Positions 57,910 to 64,000 of a DNA stretch of 64,000 nt are shown piece after piece. Every line of letters starts with the position of its first letter. The stretch's first letter is position 1. The stretch comes from Paramoeba atlantica (lineage: Eukaryota; Protista; Discosea). Below the pieces are notes generated by a model, which searched no databases, had not been told where the DNA came from, and saw nothing but the letters and a program-made list of their open reading frames with translations. The stretch lies in NCBI GenBank assembly GCA_977017575.1, contig CDRNVI010000002.1, forward strand, positions 992,001-1,056,000, in the 5' to 3' direction. The translations under genes and the position numbers were made by a program.

Positions 57910-58526
57910 CTTATTGCGGTGGTTGTATAACTACCGCTCTACCCTCGATTATTGAAAAAAGGTGAACAAAAACAGTGAAAATATAAAGAGGAACACAGTA
58001 ATATAATAGAAGAAAAAAATAAAAAAGGGGGCTCCGGTGGTCCAAAACTGAAAAAAAGAATTCAAAAAAATGGGGGGGGGTCCAAGGGTGGGGCATAAGT
58101 CGCGAAATTTTTATCGAATTTTTTGCTTTTCAAAATCGAGCGCAGGGAAGTGGTAGAGTATGCCGCGGCGATGACTTTCCACCCCCCCTCCAGGGGGTAC
58201 TCCCCCTGGTACGCGCGAGAGGGGTCCGACAAGGTCAAAACTTCCGAAATTTTTGGGATGACCCAAAAAAATATTTTTGACCCAAAACAAAATAAAAATA
58301 TTCTTTTTCCAGAATCGACTTCTAAAAAGTATTTTAAGAGTTTAGGACCTCAGCTACCGTTCTGCGACGTTTTTTTCGACAGATTCGTAATTTTTGCCGA
58401 AAAATCGAGCTTTTTCCCCGAAAAAAGTAGATTTTTCATGATCTTTGGGAGATATTTCTTTTTTAGGCTCTTCGTTAAACGCGGTGGTAGTTTTCAACGG
58501 GAAGCGCACAGCATGAGTGACTTCTG
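57910..58526 (+). mobile_element. Helitron2-like element copy B (3' hairpin truncated by MITE end)
   Basis: Starts CTTATTGCGGTGGTTGTATAACTACCGC; ends in the hairpin loop at GACTTCT(G). Confidence 0.6.
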
Positions 58527-58630
58527 ACCCGGGGAACGGCATATTATTCAATAACGCTATATTATTCAAATTACACTATATTATTCAAATTAACACTATA
58601 TTATTCAAATTAACACTATATAATTCAAAT
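58527..58630. mobile_element. Left end of the minisatellite MITE (family of 46688-48461)
   Basis: ACCCGGGGAACGGCATATTATTCAA plus about 4 units of the 20-bp repeat. Confidence 0.8.
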
Positions 58631-59170
58631 TGCGGTGGTTGTATAACTACCGCTCTACACTCGATTATTGAAAAAAAGTGAACAAAAACAGTTAAAATAT
58701 AAAGAGCAACACAGTAATATAATAAAGAAAAAAAATATAAAAGCGGGCTCCGGTGGTCCAAAACTGAAAAAAAAAATTAAATAAAATGGGGGGTCCATGG
58801 GGGGGGACATACATGTACATCGCGAATTTTCTTTTCGAATTTTTTGCTTTTCCAAATCCAGGGGGTCATGGTCGTGCAAATCTTTTCGAAAAAATTATTT
58901 TTCGAAACAAAACCGCAGAAGGGGTAGTCGGGGTCTTGGCGCGCATTTTTCACCCCCCTACCCGGGGGTGACCCCCCCGCTTATCCGCAGGACGGGTCCG
59001 CCAAGTTCGGATTTTTTCGCAAAAATTTTTTTGAAAAAAATTTCAACTTGGCGAAAAAAATGGCAAAAAAACTATTTTTCCAAAATTGTTTCGCCTATTG
59101 TATTTTGATAGCTTGGGACCTATACTAGCTTTCTCCACAATTGTTTTCGCCAGATATCCCTTATTCAAGA
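58630..59170 (+). mobile_element. Helitron2-like element copy C (diverged, 3' truncated)
   Basis: 5' palindrome at 58632, then colinear homology to copy B up to about 59150. Confidence 0.55.
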
Positions 59171-59487
59171 CGTGGTATGCCTGCTAAATTGGCCCATTTT
59201 TGACTAAAAAAGGTGAAAAAGTATTTTTCGGGCCCCAAGGGACCTTTTTGTGTGGAAAGAATGGTGTGGTTGGAGTCGTATTCTCCACCCAATACGTTCG
59301 GTAGGTTTTTATTCATGCCTACGAGTAATTTCCCAAGCGCAAAAAAAAATATTTTTACAAATTTCTTTTAACGTGATAATAGTGCCAAAACATAGATCTC
59401 TGCGAGAGCTCTCGAATGCGCTATTATTTTCCAAAATTGCGCAAAGATTGCTAATTTTAGACCTCCCCAGCATCTGATTTGCACCCC

Positions 59488-60167
59488 TGTATAACTACCG
59501 CTCTACCCTCGATTATTGAAAAAAGTGAACAAAAACAGTGAAAATATTAAGAGGAACACAGTAATATAATAGAAGAAAAATGTGTATTAAAGGGGACCCC
59601 GGTGGTCCAAAACTGAAAAATTGAAAAAATGAGGGGCATACGTCACGAAACCTTTTTCGAACTTTTTGCTTTTCAAAATCGAGTGCGGGGAAGTGGTAGA
59701 GTATGCCGCGGGGATAATTTTCCACCCCCCCACCTGGGGGTGACCCCCCCCCCTGGTACGCGCAGGAAGGGTCCGACAAGTTCGAAAATTCTGAAATTTT
59801 TGGGGTGACCCCAAAAAAACAAATTTGACCAAAAACAAAATAAAAACAATATTTTTCCAAAAATCGACTCATAAAACGTATTTTGAGAGTTTGGTACCTC
59901 AGCTACCATTCTACGACGTTTTTTTCGAGAGATTCGCCTCCTGCCCCTACTGGTAAGGTAGCAAACGTGGCCCAAATTTGAGTTACAATTTCGCAATTTT
60001 CGCCGAAAAATCGAGCTTTTTCACCCAAAATAGATTATTCATGATCTTTTGGCGATTTTTCTTGTTTAGGCTCTTCGTTAAACGCGGAGGTAGTTTTCAA
60101 CGCGAAACGCGCAGCATGAGTGACTTCTAAGTTGAAAACAACCACCACGTTTAACGAAGAGCCTAAA
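59488..60167 (+). mobile_element. Helitron2-like element copy D (5' clipped, full 3' hairpin)
   Basis: Begins mid-palindrome TGTATAACTACCGC; hairpin at 60065-60167. Confidence 0.6.
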
Positions 60168-60468
60168 TTAAAATACACTTCTTTGAACGCCTTTTTTCGA
60201 TCGTTGAACATGAACATGTAAACCACAGTTCAGTTTACCATACCTATACCCCCGCAATATATTGGGGGGTATATTACTGTGTCCACTCCGTTTTGATATA
60301 CCCATCCTCCGACAGTAATATCTAAAATCTTAGAAAAGACCTGACGGAAAGAGTATTTACAAAAAATAAAGGAGATTTCGCGTCTTTTGACCCTAAACTG
60401 GCTTTTTCATAAATTTCGTAAACGAATTTTGCAATAAGTCGCCCCGCTAAGCTAATAGTCCTAACCTG

Positions 60469-61215
60469 ATGCATGCATTTTCGGAACACGACGCTATTAC
60501 TCGTAAAGGAAAAGTGCATTCTTTTCTCGTTCCTTCTCCTGAGGCCCAGCTGTGGGAATTCGCAAAGCATTTTGACGCCCCCATCCCGAGTTGGAACGTT
60601 AAAACCCCGATAGAGAGCTGGTATGGAATTTTTTACGGAGATAAAATTTGGAGAGTAGAATATTCGTTCCCCCAACTTGGTGGTGTGCTACGCTTGGAAG
60701 TTTTGCCAAGAGGTGTAACTCACTTGTCTCTCACACGTTGTGGCCTGCGGGGACAACTAAACCTAGATGATCTCCCTGGGGGTACGGTTGTTCTTCATCT
60801 CAATAAAAACTTTTTTTCTGGACCCATTTCGTTAGACTTACTTCCTGTAACCCTTCAAATCTTGAATCTTTCGAATAACAGGTTATGTGGTTCTTTGTCA
60901 TTCGACTTATTACCACTATCTTTATTAAAAGTATATTTGCAAAGCAACATTTTCGGAGGTGCTTTTAGGCTACATGAGGTTCCTGACACGGTACGCGTTT
61001 TAGATTTGAGTAGCAATCGCCTCATGGGATTAGTCAATGTGACAAGCTTTTCGACTCAGAAAAATCAAATTATTAAACTGAGCAGAAATGAACTCCTTTT
61101 CGAGCCTGACATCACGCATCCCAACATTGAAAGGGAGCTACACTCTGACTTTGAACTTTTCCTAATTTCGGCGTCTGTCATTTCATGGGTATTTCTTGCC
61201 ATTTATGCCACTTAA
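60469..61215 (+). CDS. LRR family protein with C-terminal TM anchor
   Basis: SW....IESWYGI cap, 6 LRRs, hydrophobic tail LFLISASVISWVFLAIYAT. Confidence 0.83.
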   Translation: MHAFSEHDAITRKGKVHSFLVPSPEAQLWEFAKHFDAPIPSWNVKTPIESWYGIFYGDKIWRVEYSFPQLGGVLRLEVLPRGVTHLSLTRCGLRGQLNLDDLPGGTVVLHLNKNFFSGPISLDLLPVTLQILNLSNNRLCGSLSFDLLPLSLLKVYLQSNIFGGAFRLHEVPDTVRVLDLSSNRLMGLVNVTSFSTQKNQIIKLSRNELLFEPDITHPNIERELHSDFELFLISASVISWVFLAIYAT

Positions 61216-61485
61216 CGTTATCGAAAATTTTACCTTTATCGTAAAATTAACGTTATCGAAAATGATGATACAGACGCTGATCAACTACTATTTGCGCTTA
61301 CTTACATAACTTACAACTTGTAGCTTTCCTTCAATTTATCTTTCCTTAATTTATCGTTCCCGTAATATTTACGGGCACTGTACAAATTTTTGCGAGCACT
61401 GTGCTTACAAGAACGTACAACGTGCTCACCTTTTTCTCACACCCATCCCGAATTCTCCCCTTTCCCTTTTACTTCCACTTCCCCC

Positions 61486-62241
61486 ATGCACGCAACACGC
61501 CTTTCTTCCCTCTCTAACCGCTACACCCTATCCCACCCTCCCCTCCCCACCTCACTCCAACACTTCACCCCTTCCCTTTTCTCCTTTTCTCGCCCCCGAC
61601 TCCCACCTCTCTTTTCCCCTCGCATCACCTTTCCCCTCCCTCGCATCGCCTCCCCCTCCCCCTCCTCCCCCTACACCTTTTCCCTCCCCCCCTACTCCAC
61701 CACAACCCCCACACGCCATCCCACAACCCCCTCCTCCCCCTCCTCCCCCCGCCCCCCTCTCGAGCCCATGCCCACCAAGGACCGCTACCCCCCACCCGGG
61801 TACAACCCCCACGACCCCCGCACCCCCCTCGCCCTCCTCATCGACGGCTCCACCCTCTCCCCCGCGACCTACGCGGACCGCCTCCCCCTCCTCACCCACC
61901 CCCGCGACCCCCACCCCCGCGGCACCACCTACCTCCCCCTCCTCCACCGCGTCTTCGCCCACACCCTCCCCCCGGACTGGGCCGTCCCCCTCCCCGCCCT
62001 CGGCGTCTCCCCCGAGCCCTTCCGCGTCGAGTCCTTCCTCCCGGTCCGGATGCAGATGGGGGCGGACGCCCACCACCTGGTCGAGTTCACGGCGGACAAC
62101 AAGTACCGCGCGGTTGGCTTCGTGTGTGTGGCCGAGGACCGGGGGTATTTCGAAAAGGTGGCGTGGGGGCTGCGGGGGTACGGGGTGGAGTTCCTAGTGC
62201 TGGACAGCGCGGGGGAGTTGAGTGTGCAGAGGGAGGGGTGA
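61486..62241 (+). CDS. Hypothetical protein, possible degenerate NYN/PIN-like fold, presequence-like N-terminus
   Basis: ATG 61486; LALLIDGS..; FVCVAEDRGYFEKVAWGLRGYGVEFLVL. Confidence 0.55.
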   Translation: MHATRLSSLSNRYTLSHPPLPTSLQHFTPSLFSFSRPRLPPLFSPRITFPLPRIASPSPSSPYTFSLPPYSTTTPTRHPTTPSSPSSPRPPLEPMPTKDRYPPPGYNPHDPRTPLALLIDGSTLSPATYADRLPLLTHPRDPHPRGTTYLPLLHRVFAHTLPPDWAVPLPALGVSPEPFRVESFLPVRMQMGADAHHLVEFTADNKYRAVGFVCVAEDRGYFEKVAWGLRGYGVEFLVLDSAGELSVQREG

Positions 62242-62422
62242 ATGGGGAGGGGAGGGGGGGTAGAGGATGAGAAGGGTAGAGGAGGAACAGAAAAGAGGCG
62301 GGTGGTTTTGATGGAAAGTTTTGCTTTGTCGTTTTTTGTAACAGGATAGGGAGGGGTAGAATTTTCTTTTTTTATTGAATCTCCTGTCTTGGTACTTACA
62401 TTTGCCCCCCTCCCTTGTTTGC

Positions 62423-63298
62423 ATGATCCTTGAAAATGTTTTCCATCGAAAATTACTGTATCGCACAACCCTCCAGTACACCAACGATTATCAAAGGCAC
62501 AGATTGTGGGAAGGGCTTTATTCTCGAATCCGAAACTCAAGGCGAGCAAATATGCGTTATTTCCACAGTTTTGTCCTGTATCATTTCGTGCAGACGGTTC
62601 ATTTCGTTCTAAAAGAACATCAGTGTCATCCCAAGAGAACCACTTTCAACATATTATTATGCGATATAAAATCCATACGACGATTGAAAATGAAACATCG
62701 CAATATCAATCGTGCAACAGATGCCCTCTGTTTTGTACACCCTTTCTCTTTAAATCAACTAGAAACGGCGTTCCGCACCTTGGAATCTATGGATTCTGTG
62801 CTTGAACCTGCCCCGAATGTTCTGGTTGAGAATGATTTGGGAATCATAGCGCTTTGTCCCTGCTACATTATAGGACAGTGTCTTAGAAAAAGGGGTACCT
62901 CACTTGGATGGATAGAAAAGCCTAAAGTAGACCACAATGCCTATCTGAAATCACATAAAACAAACATTTGCATGCCTCATATGGATAAAACGTTTATTGG
63001 CCTCTTGTGGCGACGTACTACTGCGGTAGCCATCCATGTTGGCTTGCATATGCTAGGTTATACTCACCCGGAATCGTTACCTCAACGGTATCAGCGTACT
63101 GTCTCTAACGGTCTATGTTTCCTTAAGAGAGCGCTTGGGTTTGATTCGACGCAAACGTTAAAGAGTACCTCAATGGCTCAAAAAGAGCGTCAGCTAGCCA
63201 GAAAATATATTTTCAACATTTATCGACGAAAGAGAAGGATTCTTATGGGTCCAGGTGAAAGGTTTGCACGTTTAAGCCCTTTTACTCCTGTTGTCTAG
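62423..63298 (+). CDS. Hypothetical protein
   Basis: About 290-aa ORF on the gene strand; no recognised domain. Confidence 0.55.
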   Translation: MILENVFHRKLLYRTTLQYTNDYQRHRLWEGLYSRIRNSRRANMRYFHSFVLYHFVQTVHFVLKEHQCHPKRTTFNILLCDIKSIRRLKMKHRNINRATDALCFVHPFSLNQLETAFRTLESMDSVLEPAPNVLVENDLGIIALCPCYIIGQCLRKRGTSLGWIEKPKVDHNAYLKSHKTNICMPHMDKTFIGLLWRRTTAVAIHVGLHMLGYTHPESLPQRYQRTVSNGLCFLKRALGFDSTQTLKSTSMAQKERQLARKYIFNIYRRKRRILMGPGERFARLSPFTPVV

Positions 63299-63605
63299 CG
63301 TAGAACCATTTTTTTCCTGTGTAACTTGTTCAATTTTTGAGAAGCTTTTGAGCCATTCTCACCTAGATACACAAGGGTGGCGATTTCTAGATCATACTCC
63401 TTGGTTAACACCTCTGTAATACACCTCTGTATAAAGAATTCATTTTTCATTCTTTCCAAAAGCTAGTATTTCTTGTTGACTCCTAAATACATGTATCTCC
63501 TGAATTTGGTTTTTTCTTCGCGATATGTTTTTGGTTTACGTCGCATGTTCTGATGAGTGTTCCGGGACTGAACGTATCCAAGCAAGTCGCATTTGAGGGG
63601 CAGGA

Positions 63606-63920
63606 CTTCCGCAAGAGTACGAACCTGAGCAACTGGTACGCGACATTTCTACTCGTCTTCCATCATGGACATCTCACACTCCCGCCTGTAAGTGGGAGTG
63701 CTTCTCCTGCAACACGGACTTGAAAGTAATATGGCTTATCGCTAGGAACATGAAGGGTAAGCTTGACCTCCCACATCTCTCTTTCTCTTTCGAACGCTTG
63801 CAATGTGCAAGAGGGTATCTTTTTTGGATCACTTTAGCTGCATGAACTCCCGTCAAACTTACAGGAGCTCGATCTTTCGCGTGGGAAGCTGTAAGGAGTC
63901 CTAGGTAGCATGTTTCGATA
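63606..63920 (+). pseudogene. LRR family pseudogene (not in ORF track)
   Basis: LPQEY..LVRDISTRLPSWTSHTPACKWECFSC cap; frameshift in the T-run at about 63820; then GSL*LHELPSNLQELDLS with TAG at 63835 and TAA at 63892. Confidence 0.8.
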
Positions 63921-64000
63921 GCTACATACGTGCTTGCATCTGTTTCCCAAGCGACCGTCTCGACAAGAGCACCTAGTTCCATTGAGTCCTATGTAGAGGG

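Overview
Eukaryotic, intron-free chromosomal DNA from a kinetoplastid, most like a Perkinsela-type (prokinetoplastid) genome. Support: a glycosomal-type GAPDH ending in -NKL, Tc38/RBP38-family kDNA-binding proteins, a ZC3H39/40-like U-box/CCCH protein, and all credible cellular genes on the + strand, as in one polycistronic unit. About 26 protein genes include ICT1-like peptidyl-tRNA hydrolase, polyprenyl diphosphate synthase, SDS22, GOT1, ESF2, a SpoU methylase, several large putatively mitochondrial helical-repeat proteins, five 4x ArdC-N (Tc38) paralogs and seven intact 23-aa-LRR genes plus two LRR pseudogenes. The AT-rich intergenic blocks hold a varied, often nested set of mobile elements: ISL2EU/Harbinger-like, IS630/Tc1 DD35E, pogo, mariner with a Stowaway-like TIR, hAT with 8-bp TSD, Merlin, an RTE-like RT remnant, a Helitron2-like non-autonomous family and several MITEs. 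The most unusual signal is a recurrent mirror-image C-rich to G-rich switch on the + strand, seen at about 8 strong and 3 weak sites. It falls inside genes, ignores CDS boundaries, controls synonymous codon choice and shapes low-complexity insertions. No rRNA, tRNA or CRISPR array was recognised. All family assignments are from motifs read by eye; no database search was run.
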